The position numbers were made by a program, and so were the translations under genes. From the NCBI GenBank assembly GCA_018434355.1, contig JAHDPL010000020.1, positions 182,255 to 246,254 on the forward strand: a stretch of DNA of 64,000 nt, read 5' to 3'. The first letter of the stretch is position 1; every line of letters starts with the position of its first letter. This DNA comes from Sporomusaceae bacterium. GTDB taxonomy: Bacteria; Bacillota; Negativicutes; UBA1444. Shown here in pieces: positions 17,722-28,215 of this stretch. The notes under the pieces were generated by a model. It had not been told where the DNA came from. It worked only from the letters and a program-made list of their open reading frames with translations, and did not search any database.

Positions 17722-18624
17722 TTATTTCCCTCCTGTTGCAGCCGCGCGTGTTGTCAGCAGTACGCCCGACATAACGCATAGCATCCCTACGCCGTGAACC
17801 AGCGTCACCGGTTCGCCGTAAAACAAAACCGCAATCAGCACCGCACTGACCGGCATCAGGTTGATGTAGGCGCTGGCCTTGCTGGCGCCGATTTCACGAA
17901 CGCCGATATTGAAAATCAAGAAAGCGATGAATGTTGCCCCGACTGCCAGATACATCAGTTCCAGCATCACTTGCAGCGACACTCCCGGCAAGCGGTTCCA
18001 GCCCTGCTCCGGCAACGATGCCGCCGCCAGCAGCAAAGCGCCGAGCAGCATCGAAACCGCTGTAGATAAAAGCGGCGATACCTTGCGCATCACTAGCTTG
18101 CTCAGAATCGCATAGGTCGTCCAGAGCAATACCGCGCCAAGCAACAGCAAATCGCCGCGGTTTAGCGACAACCCCCGAAGCACGTCCATGTCGCCGCGAG
18201 TAATCACGACCAGCACGCCGCTCATTGACAGCGCCGCACCGATGCCCTGCCGCCAACTCCAACGTTCGCCAAAAAACAGCACCGCGACAAGCGAGGTCGT
18301 CACCGGGTTGATTACGATCACCAGTGCGCCATTGATTGCCGAAGTGTATTGCATACCGATGTTGAACAACGCATTATAGCCGAAGATGCCAAAGACGGCC
18401 AGCATCAGCAAAGCAAACCATGACTCGCGAATCGTCCGCCACTGCCACTCGCCGCGCCAGCAGGCCCAACCGCTCATCAGCAACCCGGCCAATAAAAAAC
18501 GCACCGCCGCCACAGTCAGCGGCGGCAACTCGGTCAACACATGCTTGGTCGAACCAAATGCGCCGCCCCAAAATAGCGGCGCCAATAACATCAACAGATA
18601 AATCCCCGCACGATTTTTCGCCAA
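17722..18624 (-). CDS. EamA/DMT-family transporter
   Basis: 300 aa with a ten-TM pattern and two EamA repeats. Confidence 0.8.
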   Translation of the reverse strand: MAKNRAGIYLLMLLAPLFWGGAFGSTKHVLTELPPLTVAAVRFLLAGLLMSGWACWRGEWQWRTIRESWFALLMLAVFGIFGYNALFNIGMQYTSAINGALVIVINPVTTSLVAVLFFGERWSWRQGIGAALSMSGVLVVITRGDMDVLRGLSLNRGDLLLLGAVLLWTTYAILSKLVMRKVSPLLSTAVSMLLGALLLAAASLPEQGWNRLPGVSLQVMLELMYLAVGATFIAFLIFNIGVREIGASKASAYINLMPVSAVLIAVLFYGEPVTLVHGVGMLCVMSGVLLTTRAAATGGK

Positions 18625-18658
18625 CCAAAACCTCTCTTTCCGCCGACTCCTCAGACAA

Positions 18659-19501
18659 TCACCGATTCCAGTCCAGCATCAAATATGACCCAAGATTCTT
18701 AAACCAAAGACTGCGCTGCTCGACAGCCTGCAGGACCGCTTGAATCCTCGCCTCGCCTAAGCCGCCTTCCATGTCCAAAAAGAACAGATAGGCGCCAAGT
18801 CCGGTTCGGGCCGGTCGAGACTCGATCTTGGTCAGGTTGACTTCCCGTTCGGCAAATTCGGCCAATATGTGGTAAAGGCTGCCGGGGCGAGAGCCGTCAA
18901 TCTGACAGACAATCGATGTTTTCCAGCGACCGGGCAGCCGGGAGTCCAGCGGCTGGATTTGCAGCGTGACAAACCGCGTACAGTTGCTACTGGTGTCCTG
19001 AATATCGGCGGCAACCATTTCCAGGCTATAGAGTGCAGCCGCACTGCGACTGCCGATCGCCGCCATGCCCGCTTCGCCCTCGGCGACCCGTCGGGCAGCT
19101 TCTGCGGTACTATCGACCGGCCTCAGTTCGGCGGCTGGATACAGCCGCGACAAAGTGCGCCGGCACTGCGCCAACGCTTGCGGATGCGACAACACCAACC
19201 GAATGTCCCTGCCAACCTCCCGGGCCAGCAAATTGTGCCGAATCGGCATAACTATTTCCCGTGAAATAAACAGTTCCACTTCATGCGCCAAGGTATCCAG
19301 CGTAACATTGACCGACCCTTCGACCGAGTTTTCGATCGGCACGACGCATTGCGAGATTTCTCCGCCGGCCACCGCCCGAATGGCCAGATCGATCGAACCA
19401 AACGGCGTCAAGCATGCTGATTCGCCAAACAGATTCTTTGCCACTTCTTCGCTATAGGTGCCCGGTGGCCCCAAAAAGCCGACTCGTTTCCCGTTAGCGG
19501 C
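18659..19501 (-). CDS. pheA: Prephenate dehydratase
   Basis: PDT domain (VGFLGPPGTYSEEVA ... TRF, ESRP) followed by a C-terminal ACT domain. Start taken at MAANGKRVGFLG. Confidence 0.8.
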   Translation of the reverse strand, partial: AANGKRVGFLGPPGTYSEEVAKNLFGESACLTPFGSIDLAIRAVAGGEISQCVVPIENSVEGSVNVTLDTLAHEVELFISREIVMPIRHNLLAREVGRDIRLVLSHPQALAQCRRTLSRLYPAAELRPVDSTAEAARRVAEGEAGMAAIGSRSAAALYSLEMVAADIQDTSSNCTRFVTLQIQPLDSRLPGRWKTSIVCQIDGSRPGSLYHILAEFAEREVNLTKIESRPARTGLGAYLFFLDMEGGLGEARIQAVLQAVEQRSLWFKNLGSYLMLDWNR

Positions 19502-19556
19502 CATTTCACTATTGTTCAAAGGCCCGTCGCCCCTTTCGTTTGCGGTATACAGGCCT

Positions 19557-20894
19557 CTATTTCGCCTCTTGCAGCCAAACGCCGCTCTCCCGTCCCATCA
19601 ACCGGGCATTGTTGATCAATGCCACCAGCGGCGTCAACTCCTTTGTGCTACTGCCATAAATGCCGACGTTCAGCACCTTGCCGTCCGCCACCCGGTATAC
19701 GGTCTGGTTCAGTGAGATATACCAGGTATTCTCATCGCGAACCCTGGTTGCCTGAATTTCCGGCACTACCAGCAGTTCGCAGCCGGCAGCGACTGCTTTG
19801 GCGATATCCGATTGCACCGACCCATCGCCCGGATCGCGGACAATCCCGGGAAACAGACTTTCATACTCATCCCAGAGCGCCTCTTGCATAAACGGCAACT
19901 CCGTTCGAAGCACCGGCGGCAAATTATTTTTGATCGACGCTACATAGAGCCGCGATTTTCCGGCTATTGGTTGCACCGGCGCAAGAAACCCCTCATTGAT
20001 TGCCTGGCGTCGCTTCGCATAGTAATTGCGCAGTGCCAAATCCAAATAAACCGGCACATTATGGGTAAAATAGTTCTTTAGCACGTCCGGCAATGGCCAG
20101 CGTTGTTCAACGCCAAGATGCCGATAGCCGCCAAACACTTTGCGCAAGGCATTTGGCACCGGATCATCCGGAGCCACGATCCGGGTTACCCGGATTTTTC
20201 CGTCGTACAGTTTTTCAAAGGTTTCGTTGCCTACAGCCGGTGCACCAAATGTGATCACTTCGATCTGCGCAGGATTGACTCCCATATCCAGCAACCGAGC
20301 GGCTACCAGCGTCACCACGGCCCCTCCCAGGCTATGACCGACCAGATACAGCTTATCCTGCTTGTCCTCTTGCAGGATGCTGCTGAGGAAGCGGGCGCCC
20401 ACCGGGTGATGGTCGTTGGACTGGGCCGTTTGCGCAGTTAGCAGAACCATCGACGCCTGGTTGAACCCCTCATGCACGCGAGGCACATCGGCCGGCAGAT
20501 CCTTTCGTGCGGCGTTCGCAGCGAATTGTTCCAGTGTGTTGCCGGCAAAATAGACTTTATTGGCACGCAGGTCAACTTTGATATCACGCACATTCTCTGT
20601 CCCCGCAACCGCCATGATATAGACATCCTGATCGATAATCGAATTGGCGTCCCAGGCCAGCAGATAGCGTGAATCGGCATTTTCGCCGGAAACCCGGAAT
20701 GGTTCTACCCGCCAGCCTTCCTGCTCAAACGCAGCAATAGCCAAACTGCCGGCCCGGTTGCTGTAGGCCGCCATGCAAGCGCCGGCTGCCATATATAATT
20801 TGCGGGCTGTCAGATATTCCTGCATCACCGCAGACGCCGAAGCCTGCCCGGTCAGCAGGCAAAGCAGGACAACCAGCTGAATCAACAGTTTCAT
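19557..20894 (-). CDS. Secreted class-3 (Rhizomucor-type) lipase-family protein
   Basis: Signal peptide MKLLIQLVVLLCLLTGQASA, the nucleophile elbow GHSLGGA, and a C-terminal extension. Confidence 0.75.
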   Translation of the reverse strand: MKLLIQLVVLLCLLTGQASASAVMQEYLTARKLYMAAGACMAAYSNRAGSLAIAAFEQEGWRVEPFRVSGENADSRYLLAWDANSIIDQDVYIMAVAGTENVRDIKVDLRANKVYFAGNTLEQFAANAARKDLPADVPRVHEGFNQASMVLLTAQTAQSNDHHPVGARFLSSILQEDKQDKLYLVGHSLGGAVVTLVAARLLDMGVNPAQIEVITFGAPAVGNETFEKLYDGKIRVTRIVAPDDPVPNALRKVFGGYRHLGVEQRWPLPDVLKNYFTHNVPVYLDLALRNYYAKRRQAINEGFLAPVQPIAGKSRLYVASIKNNLPPVLRTELPFMQEALWDEYESLFPGIVRDPGDGSVQSDIAKAVAAGCELLVVPEIQATRVRDENTWYISLNQTVYRVADGKVLNVGIYGSSTKELTPLVALINNARLMGRESGVWLQEAK

Positions 20895-20919
20895 GTTCTC
20901 ACGGTCCTTTATGATGGTC

Positions 20920-22443
20920 TCAGATTTCGCCCTCTGTCAACAATCCCTGCTGCTGCAGCACCTCACAGAAAATTTCCAGCAAATCGGGGTCAAATTGAAT
21001 CCCGCCAAACTTACGCAGTTCTTGCACCGCCTGAGCGGTTGGCATTGCTTTGCGATAAGGCCGGTCACTGGTCATTGCATCGAACGCATCGACAATCGAC
21101 AATATCCGGCATTCGACCGGAATCGCCTCGCCGACCAGGCCGATCGGATAGCCGCTACCGTCCCACCATTCATGATGCCGCAATATCCATTCGGCTATGT
21201 AAACCAAGTCAGAAGAAGCCAGGGCAATCCGGTAGCCAATTTCACTGTGGCGGCGCATCTCCGTCCGTTCTTCTTCGTTTAAAGGACCGGGTTTGAACAG
21301 GATCGCATCGCTGATGCCGACTTTGCCGATATCATGAAACTTGGCGAACAAACGCATCGCATCCAGCTGATTCGATGGAAAATCAAGGCGCTCGGCCAGA
21401 CTGCCGACCAGCATTTCCAGTCTCTCGGCATGACCTTCGGTGATGAAATCACGTGCTTCCAAGAGCGTCATCATCGTATTGACCAAGCCGCTGCGGGTGC
21501 TCTGCGAACGGAGCAGCTTCTCCCGCCGCACCATATTATCGGCGTCGCGCATCAGCCCACTCAGTTCGACCGGCTGTTTATCGGCTATCGCATAACCGAC
21601 TGACAAACTGAGAAACAGGTCGCGGTTTTCTTGATTAAACTGCTCGACACTGGTGCGCAGTTCACGGCACAATCGCTCGGCCTGCGCCTGATCGGCGCCG
21701 GGTCGGACCAACACAAACTCATCGCCACCGACCCGCGCCAAGATGTCGCCGCTCTTCACCCGTTCACTCAGCAACACGCCGGTCATGATCAATCGTTGGT
21801 CGCCGGCAGTATGTCCCAGCGTTTCATTGGTCATTTGCAAGCCATCAATATCGCAGGCGATCAATACGCAGGGCAGCGGCATCGAGTCGCGCCGTCGCTG
21901 GAACTCGTACTCCAGATACGTCCGGTTGTAAAGCCCTGTCAAGGAATCATGCGTGCTGGCGTGCTGCAACATCGCATTTGTCCTTTTCCGCTCCGAAATA
22001 TCACGCAAAATCGCGACAGCAAATATCTTTTCGCCTAACGCCGCAATATCAATTGCCACGTCAAGCGGCACCCGCGAGCCATCCACGCGGCGAAACTCGG
22101 TTGAAAAATCCTGCCGCCGTCCAGCTGCCTCGGCAGTCCGCCCCAGTTGCTGTAGTGCAGCTTCGACCGGTGGAAACAATTGCGGCAAATTCGCCGAAAA
22201 CAGCAATTCGCGTGACAGCCCCAGCATTCGGCAGGCCGCTTCATTCGCATCGACAATCCGCGAATTCGGCAGCTGAATCATCAGGATGCCGTCGGTGACT
22301 TTGTCCAGCAAATTGCGGAATGTTTCCAGCTCGCCGATCCTTTTTTGCAATTCGGGGTAGTAATTTTTGCGAATCGAATTTTCGCCCAGGCCAATCAGTT
22401 TGTCCCGGACAAATCCCGCTCCTCGCTCAGATGATTGCTGCAT
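20920..22443 (-). CDS. PAS-GGDEF-HD-GYP c-di-GMP signalling protein
   Basis: Contains RVGGDEF (a GGDEF domain with an intact GGDEF motif) together with HHEWWDGSGYP and HDIGK (HD-GYP). Confidence 0.8.
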   Translation of the reverse strand: MQQSSERGAGFVRDKLIGLGENSIRKNYYPELQKRIGELETFRNLLDKVTDGILMIQLPNSRIVDANEAACRMLGLSRELLFSANLPQLFPPVEAALQQLGRTAEAAGRRQDFSTEFRRVDGSRVPLDVAIDIAALGEKIFAVAILRDISERKRTNAMLQHASTHDSLTGLYNRTYLEYEFQRRRDSMPLPCVLIACDIDGLQMTNETLGHTAGDQRLIMTGVLLSERVKSGDILARVGGDEFVLVRPGADQAQAERLCRELRTSVEQFNQENRDLFLSLSVGYAIADKQPVELSGLMRDADNMVRREKLLRSQSTRSGLVNTMMTLLEARDFITEGHAERLEMLVGSLAERLDFPSNQLDAMRLFAKFHDIGKVGISDAILFKPGPLNEEERTEMRRHSEIGYRIALASSDLVYIAEWILRHHEWWDGSGYPIGLVGEAIPVECRILSIVDAFDAMTSDRPYRKAMPTAQAVQELRKFGGIQFDPDLLEIFCEVLQQQGLLTEGEI

Positions 22444-23587
22444 AAATCGCCTCAACATCACTGCGCTGCATCAATTTCGGATTCGTTGCCATACACGCGT
22501 CTTGCAGGGCAAATCCCGCCAAGCGGGCAACATCGGATTTTTCCACGCCGAACCGGCGCACATTGTCGCCAATTCCCACACTACTGCGCAGAGTAGCAAT
22601 CCTTCCCACAAGTTTTGCGGTCCGTTCTGCTGCAGGAACCTGTTCGACTGCGATTCCCATCGCCGCGGCCACCTGGTCGAAGCGCTGCGGGCAGGCGGAA
22701 TAATTGAACTCGACTACCCCCGGCAACAATATTGCGTTGCATTCGCCGTGCGGCAAATCAAAATAACCGCCCAGGCTATGCGCCATTGCGTGCACCGCGC
22801 CAAGAATCGCATTGGAAAACGCCAGACCCGCTTCGAGGCTGGCCAGCATCATCGGCCCTTGATGATCAATGGACTGCGGATTGGCCACCGCCCCCGGCAA
22901 ATGTGCGGCAATAAGGCGAATTGCCTCCAGCGCGTGCAAATCGGTAATCGGTGAATTGGCTGTCGACACATACGCCTCAATCGCATGCGTCAGTGCATCC
23001 ATGCCGGTGCAGGCAACCTGATGCGGCGAAAGCGTGGTCAGGGTTTGCGGATCGATCAGCGCCGCGTCCGGCACCACCGCTTTACTGACAATCGCCATTT
23101 TTGTCTTGCGCTCGGTATCGGCAATAATCGCGAACTGCGACACGTCGGCCGAACTGCCTGCGGTAGTAGGAACACACACCAGCGGCGGTATCGGATATTC
23201 GACCAGATCAACCCCTTCGAACTCCTCTATGCCGCGTTGATGGCTCACTTCAATTCCGATGCCTTTAGCGCAGTCCATCGGACTGCCGCCGCCTACTGCG
23301 ATAATCATATTACACCCGGCTGTCGCATAAAGCCTAGCTCCGGCCCGCACTTCCTGCATCTTGGGATTTTCGGTGACTCCGGTGAAAATCACATAGGGAA
23401 TCGACAGCCGGTTCAGACTGTCTGTCACTTGCCGCACCCAGCCGGCGGCTTCCACCCCGGGATCCGTCACCAGCAATACCTTTTGCGCACCCAAGTTTTT
23501 CGCATATTGCCCGCTCATATCGATGGCGCCGACCCCGAACAGAAATTCCGGCGCAACGAATTTTCGCAGTTCCCAGCGGTTCTGCAT
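22427..23587 (-). CDS. Iron-containing (group III) alcohol dehydrogenase
   Basis: The true start is MQNRWELRKFVAPEFLFGVGA after a gaggagggg RBS. Contains the GGGSPMDCAKGI motif and His metal ligands. Confidence 0.85.
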   Translation of the reverse strand: MQNRWELRKFVAPEFLFGVGAIDMSGQYAKNLGAQKVLLVTDPGVEAAGWVRQVTDSLNRLSIPYVIFTGVTENPKMQEVRAGARLYATAGCNMIIAVGGGSPMDCAKGIGIEVSHQRGIEEFEGVDLVEYPIPPLVCVPTTAGSSADVSQFAIIADTERKTKMAIVSKAVVPDAALIDPQTLTTLSPHQVACTGMDALTHAIEAYVSTANSPITDLHALEAIRLIAAHLPGAVANPQSIDHQGPMMLASLEAGLAFSNAILGAVHAMAHSLGGYFDLPHGECNAILLPGVVEFNYSACPQRFDQVAAAMGIAVEQVPAAERTAKLVGRIATLRSSVGIGDNVRRFGVEKSDVARLAGFALQDACMATNPKLMQRSDVEAIYAAII

Positions 23588-23732
23588 GAAAGCCCCTCCT
23601 CTTGCCTGAAATGAAGCATTTCTCTGCCGCGGACTACCGGTATTAACAAAATCACGCAAATTCAATGTAACTTATTGCTTGATTCGACAATAGCCTGACC
23701 AGCTCCTGCCGACTTTGCCATTGATGCCGGCC

Positions 23733-23765
23733 AAAAAAGAAAAGCCGGCTAAAATTTTAGCCGGC
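23733..23765 (-). terminator. Intrinsic terminator downstream of the MCP gene
   Basis: Perfect 11-bp stem gccggctaaaa/ttttagccggc, followed in the minus sense by UUUUCUUUUUU. Confidence 0.65.
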
Positions 23766-23777
23766 AAATGAGTTTTG

Positions 23778-24659
23778 CTATACTTTTTCTTCCGAAGCCT
23801 TCAACATTTCTTCGGAAACAACCGACAATGTGCTGGCCATCTCGGCAAGTTCCTGGCTGGCTTCAGCAATTTCCTGAATCGATTTGGCCTGATTCTCCAC
23901 ATTCACGTCAATCGACTGAATCTTGGTTGAAACCAGCGCCACTGATTCCTGTATTTTTTGCAGCAACTTGGTAATCCGGTTCACCGAATCGGCACTGGCA
24001 ACCGCCAACTTTCTAACTTCATCCGCCACCACGCCGAAGCCTCGGCCCATTTCACCGACCCGCGCCGCCTCGATCGCCGCATTCAGTCCGAGCAAGTTGG
24101 TCTGGTTGGCGACGTTGCGGATAAACGAAACGATTTCATCGGTTTGCTTGGTCGTCTGGTCAAGCTCCTTGCTCAGCCGGTCAATATCCCGACTGCTGCT
24201 GGCAAGCGTCGATGCGCTGGAACTCAATTCCTCCATGCCGGCCGTCATTTCCTCCGAAGAAGCAGCCAAACTGTGGGCAATCTTGTTCACCTTTTCCTGA
24301 TTTGAAATCATCTGGGTCGTCAGTATGCAACCGATGACCTGGCCGTTTTCCTTAACCGGAACACCGCAGACCAAATATGGAATGCCACCGAGCGCCATAT
24401 CACTGCCTACCGGTCGAATGATCCTCACCCCGTCGGCAATGCAGGTCTGGGCAGTTTTTCCGGTCACCGGGTCGCCGACTTTGAGCGGCAAGCTGTAGTG
24501 TTCGGGCTGCTCGCAGGCAACATAGCGATCCCCTTTAATCACCGAAATGCTCATGTCCTGTGGAACAACTGAGTTCAGGTAAGGCGCCACTTCACAAAAC
24601 AAGTCCAGGATTTCTTCTGCCGAGTGTTTTTTTGCCAACTTTTCCACCTGCCTGTTCAT
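23778..24659 (-). CDS. Soluble methyl-accepting chemotaxis protein. It has a roughly 130-aa N-terminal sensory domain and an MCP signalling domain, with no TM segments
   Basis: Highly conserved MCP hairpin region ([32 protein letters not shown]). The N-terminal domain is cysteine-rich and of unknown ligand. Confidence 0.8.
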   Translation of the reverse strand: MNRQVEKLAKKHSAEEILDLFCEVAPYLNSVVPQDMSISVIKGDRYVACEQPEHYSLPLKVGDPVTGKTAQTCIADGVRIIRPVGSDMALGGIPYLVCGVPVKENGQVIGCILTTQMISNQEKVNKIAHSLAASSEEMTAGMEELSSSASTLASSSRDIDRLSKELDQTTKQTDEIVSFIRNVANQTNLLGLNAAIEAARVGEMGRGFGVVADEVRKLAVASADSVNRITKLLQKIQESVALVSTKIQSIDVNVENQAKSIQEIAEASQELAEMASTLSVVSEEMLKASEEKV

Positions 24660-24671
24660 TATTTCGTATCA

Positions 24672-24740
24672 GCAAAAATACCCGGCGACAAAACCAGCCC
24701 TGCTTTTCGCAGTGGCCTTGGCTTCGTTGCCGGGGTATTC
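24672..24740 (-). terminator. Imperfect compound hairpin plus U-tract after the nic operon; putative terminator/attenuator
   Basis: Arms aatacccggcgac and gttgccggggtatt contain a bulge, with an inner CTGC/GCAG stem. The minus sense ends in UUUUUG. Only about 20 bp separate it from the MCP start. Confidence 0.4.
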
Positions 24741-24753
24741 TCAATACCAGAAT

Positions 24754-25629
24754 CTAATTCCCTTTTACATAAATGTTCTCAATTTCCCGGATTTTTGTCA
24801 AGCCGATCAGGTCATTGAATTGTTCGAACGTGATCATTTCCGGAATCAGGCTTGCCGTCGTACCGGTTTCCTTCAGCACGGTCATCAAGCGGGTCAGCGC
24901 CTTGGTCACCAGGTACGTCGACGCTGTCGGGAAAATCACCAAATCGTAACCGAGGTCTTGGAGTTCTTTCACCGGCAGGAACGGCGTCCGGCCACCCTCC
25001 ACCATGTTGGCCAAAACCGGAACCTTGAACGAAGTGGTGATCTGTTTCATTTCTTCAACAGATTCCGGCGATTCAATGAACAGGATATCCGCGCCGGCTT
25101 CCTCATAAGCTTTGGCCCGTTCCAGCGCCTCACCGATTCCATGTACGGTCCGCGCGTCAGTCCGGGCAATGATCATTAGGTCGGGGTCTGTACGCACATC
25201 GGCTGCGGCCTTGATTTTGCCGACCATTTCTTCTTTGGAGACGACCTGGCGACCGGTCATGTGACCGCACTTCTTCGGCGCTACCTGGTCTTCCAGCTGT
25301 ATCGCCGCCACACCGGCCTTTTCATATTCGCGCAGCGTCCGCATCACATTGACGGCGTTGCCGAACCCGGTGTCCGCGTCGGCAATTACCGGCACATTCA
25401 CGGCTTCAACGATATTCGACGCCCGGGCCACCATCTCCGTCAGCGTCAGCAGACCAACGTCCGGTTTCCCCAGATGGCTGGCCGCCTGGCCGTAACCGGT
25501 CATATATACCGCCGAAAAGCCAACCTGCTCGATAATTTTCGCTGTCAGGGCGTCGTGCGCGCCTGGCGCGACGACGATCCGGTTTCCTGTCATCATTTGT
25601 CTCAGCATTGTAGTTTTTCTCATAGTCAT
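24754..25629 (-). CDS. dml: Isocitrate-lyase/PEP-mutase-superfamily C-C lyase; candidate (2R,3S)-2,3-dimethylmalate lyase
   Basis: 291 aa with the catalytic loop KKCGH, the lyase type with Cys (not the mutase type). It is the last gene of the nicotinate-fermentation operon. Confidence 0.7.
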   Translation of the reverse strand: MTMRKTTMLRQMMTGNRIVVAPGAHDALTAKIIEQVGFSAVYMTGYGQAASHLGKPDVGLLTLTEMVARASNIVEAVNVPVIADADTGFGNAVNVMRTLREYEKAGVAAIQLEDQVAPKKCGHMTGRQVVSKEEMVGKIKAAADVRTDPDLMIIARTDARTVHGIGEALERAKAYEEAGADILFIESPESVEEMKQITTSFKVPVLANMVEGGRTPFLPVKELQDLGYDLVIFPTASTYLVTKALTRLMTVLKETGTTASLIPEMITFEQFNDLIGLTKIREIENIYVKGN

Positions 25630-27071
25630 TTTTCGCCCCCAGCTAATAATCCAAATTGTTGTTTGGCAAACCGTAGCGCTGCATCGGGATATTGTTGCGA
25701 CAACGCCCCCACGGCAAACATCAGGTAATCTTTGTCCATGATAAACCGTGGCTCTTGCGGCAGCAGAGAAATTCCCGGATTTTTGAACGCCTGTTCCAGA
25801 ATAAACTGCCGATCCGCCGCCGAGCTATGAGTAAATATGCCGCCGACTGCAATCACATGGGTAACTCGACGCAAATCGCGACCAATCGGGGTTCCCGGCA
25901 CAATCCCCATCACAGGGTTGAATTCCTGCGAAATATAACCTGCGTGGCGTTTCAGCGCCACTTCGATCGCGCTGGCTGCCAGCGCCAGGTCGAACGACTT
26001 GTCCCGGTCACTGGTGCTAATATGTTCCGGATTCTTTTCCAGCCAGGCAACGTATTCGGTCAGTTCCGTCGCTTCCTCTTCGCTTTTTCGGCCAAGTTTG
26101 GCCAGCACTCCCGCCGGTCCTACTGTTTCAACAATGCCGGTGGCGCTGATTCGCAGTCCCAGATTGCCTTCCACCGTGCGATAGGAAGGTTGTTTTTCGT
26201 TGGTCACAACCAGTCCTTTTTCCTCGATTGTCAGGTTTTCCAGTTCCGGCAACACCGAATGAATGTCGGTAGTCGCGCCGCCGATATCGACGACCAGGAC
26301 ATCGCCCACTCCATCTTGAACATAAGTGCCTTTGGCAAGCAATTCCGCCCCCATCAGCACAGCGCCCGGCGTCGGCGTCACTTTTCGGTTGGAAACGATG
26401 TCAATCAGCTTGTGCAACCCTTTAGCCCGCGTGATTTGCCGGATGAACTGCTCATGAATCGCTTCACGGGCCGGCTTGACTTTCAGTTCGTGAATCGTCG
26501 GCATCACATTGGGGACCCGGATATGACCGATTCCTGCCTCAGCAAGGATTTCGGCCGCTTCAGCCTGGGCCTCCTTGTTGCCGGCCAGGATCACTACCGC
26601 TTTGCCCCGCGCCTGCACGATAATCCGGGCATTGCTGATGACCGAGTCCCGGTCGCCGCCATCGGTGCCGCCAGCCAGCAAGATAATGTCAGGCTGAATT
26701 TCCATCAACACCTGCAACCGGTACTCCGGCAGATCTTCGGAGCTGATGATTTCCAGCACCCTGGCGCCGGCGCTCATCGCCACTTCTTTGGCAGCTTTGG
26801 CCGTCACGCGCGGCATGTAGCCGAGCGCTACCATCCGCAGGCCGCCGGCGGCGCTGCTGGTGGAAAATATTTGCGGTTCGTCTGCGATTGCCACGCCGGT
26901 TGTGGCCAAATTTTGCTTCGCCGCGGCAATGCCGCGCTCGATATCGTCGACGGTCGTAGATGCTTGCGCCCTGCCGGCCAGGCAAAGTTGGTTCCCTGCC
27001 ATGTGAAAACCGGCTACTTTCGTGTAGGTGCTGCCGACATCGAATACAAGCAGATTTGTCTCCATCGTCAT
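25626..27071 (-). CDS. GlmL/MutL-family protein (B12-mutase-associated ASKHA-fold reactivase/chaperone); candidate MgmL
   Basis: ASKHA N-terminus LLVFDVGSTYTKV and a second phosphate motif VVDIGGATTDI, about 480 aa in length. Lies directly downstream of the B12 mutase and isomerase genes. Confidence 0.65.
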   Translation of the reverse strand: MTMETNLLVFDVGSTYTKVAGFHMAGNQLCLAGRAQASTTVDDIERGIAAAKQNLATTGVAIADEPQIFSTSSAAGGLRMVALGYMPRVTAKAAKEVAMSAGARVLEIISSEDLPEYRLQVLMEIQPDIILLAGGTDGGDRDSVISNARIIVQARGKAVVILAGNKEAQAEAAEILAEAGIGHIRVPNVMPTIHELKVKPAREAIHEQFIRQITRAKGLHKLIDIVSNRKVTPTPGAVLMGAELLAKGTYVQDGVGDVLVVDIGGATTDIHSVLPELENLTIEEKGLVVTNEKQPSYRTVEGNLGLRISATGIVETVGPAGVLAKLGRKSEEEATELTEYVAWLEKNPEHISTSDRDKSFDLALAASAIEVALKRHAGYISQEFNPVMGIVPGTPIGRDLRRVTHVIAVGGIFTHSSAADRQFILEQAFKNPGISLLPQEPRFIMDKDYLMFAVGALSQQYPDAALRFAKQQFGLLAGGEK

Positions 27072-27081
27072 TGCCCTCCGG

Positions 27082-28215
27082 TTAGCTGTTGCGAACGAAC
27101 GCATATCCTTCCATCAATCTGCGGGCAGTCCGTGAAAACGCCACCCTGGTCAGCTGGCCATCGGCAAACTTCGCTTCGACGTCGATTACGCCGGCTGGAT
27201 GGCCGATCCGAATCAAATCGATCGAGTCAATGTGCGGGATCGCCTCATGCACAATCGTGCCGGGAATCTTGGCGGCTGCGCCGGTGCAGGCGGTGCCGGT
27301 CCCCGGATATGTCTTGTGCAGCACCTGCATGAACATCATCCGCGACAGAAAATCAACCTGGTCCTGTTCGATGGTCTTGCCGGAAGTAAAGTCGGTATAG
27401 CTGGCGCGCGGCGCAACAAAAGCAATCATCGGAAACGCCGGATTCTTTTGTGAAGCTTCCGCAGGATCTTTGGCCATGCCAAACAGCACCCCCGCTTTGG
27501 CCCGAATCTCCTCCAGCAGTTTCAGCAACGCAGCGTTGGCATTGACTTCCTGCGGCGTTTCGCGTCCAGTCATGCCGACGTCTTTGGCCCGGATGAACAC
27601 GCAAGGATTGGACACGTCGACCAAGGAAGCCTGAATCGGGCCGGCGCTGGTTTCAATCGTATCAATCGGGTTGCCTGTCGGCAGCAGTTTGCCGCTGACC
27701 GCGCCGACCGTGCCGGAAAAATCCATCATGATCTTGGCGCCGGTTCCCGGTACGCCATCGATGCTGCAATCGCCGCAGACTTTCGCCATTCCGTCTTCAG
27801 TCGGAACGTCGGCAATCAGCAGTTTTCCGGTGTTGACATTGTGAATACGCACCCGGGTCATCGCGCCGGTTGCAGTCACCAGTCCCTCGTCGATCGCATA
27901 GGGTCCGACCGCAGAAGAAATGTTGCCGCAGTTGCCGGAGTAATCAATGTAAGGCTGATTGATGCTTACTTGACCGAAAGTATAGTCGACGTCGGCGTCC
28001 GGATGGGTCGAGCGGGCGATGATTGCCAGTTTGCTTGTCAGCGGGTCGGCGCCGCCGAGTCCGTCGATTTGCCGCACGTCCGGGCTACCGAAAATTTCCA
28101 AAATCATTTTGTCGCGCTCTGCAATATCCTGCGGCAAGTGGTTCGGTTTCAAAAAAACCGCTTTGCTGGTGCCGCCCCGCATCAGAGTGCAAGGAATCCG
28201 TCTTGAATCTCTCAT
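27082..28215 (-). CDS. mii: PrpF/AcnD-accessory-family isomerase; candidate 3-methylitaconate delta-isomerase
   Basis: 377 aa containing [17 protein letters not shown] and the second Cys motif [15 protein letters not shown] of the PrpF/Mii fold. Confidence 0.7.
   Translation of the reverse strand: MRDSRRIPCTLMRGGTSKAVFLKPNHLPQDIAERDKMILEIFGSPDVRQIDGLGGADPLTSKLAIIARSTHPDADVDYTFGQVSINQPYIDYSGNCGNISSAVGPYAIDEGLVTATGAMTRVRIHNVNTGKLLIADVPTEDGMAKVCGDCSIDGVPGTGAKIMMDFSGTVGAVSGKLLPTGNPIDTIETSAGPIQASLVDVSNPCVFIRAKDVGMTGRETPQEVNANAALLKLLEEIRAKAGVLFGMAKDPAEASQKNPAFPMIAFVAPRASYTDFTSGKTIEQDQVDFLSRMMFMQVLHKTYPGTGTACTGAAAKIPGTIVHEAIPHIDSIDLIRIGHPAGVIDVEAKFADGQLTRVAFSRTARRLMEGYAFVRNS

Noticed and set aside
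24754-25629. ICL/PEP-mutase-family gene considered as PrpB methylisocitrate lyase of a methylcitrate cycle, given the PrpR-like activator in the window
   Set aside because: There is no prpC or prpD (2-methylcitrate synthase or dehydratase) anywhere in the window. The gene ends the nic operon next to DmdAB, Mii and Mgm, and the PrpR-like activator is 10 kb away, next to the other LeuCD pair.
25692-27332. 546-aa plus-strand ORF antisense to the GlmL-like and Mii genes. Similar long antisense ORFs occur at 36158-37450 (430 aa), 62223-63302 (359 aa), 49337-50272, 51550-52437, 15403-16299, 12007-12651 and 22985-23614.
   Set aside because: All are R/H/Q-rich with no recognisable domains. They lie opposite strongly supported minus-strand genes and have no RBS. 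They are treated as spurious.
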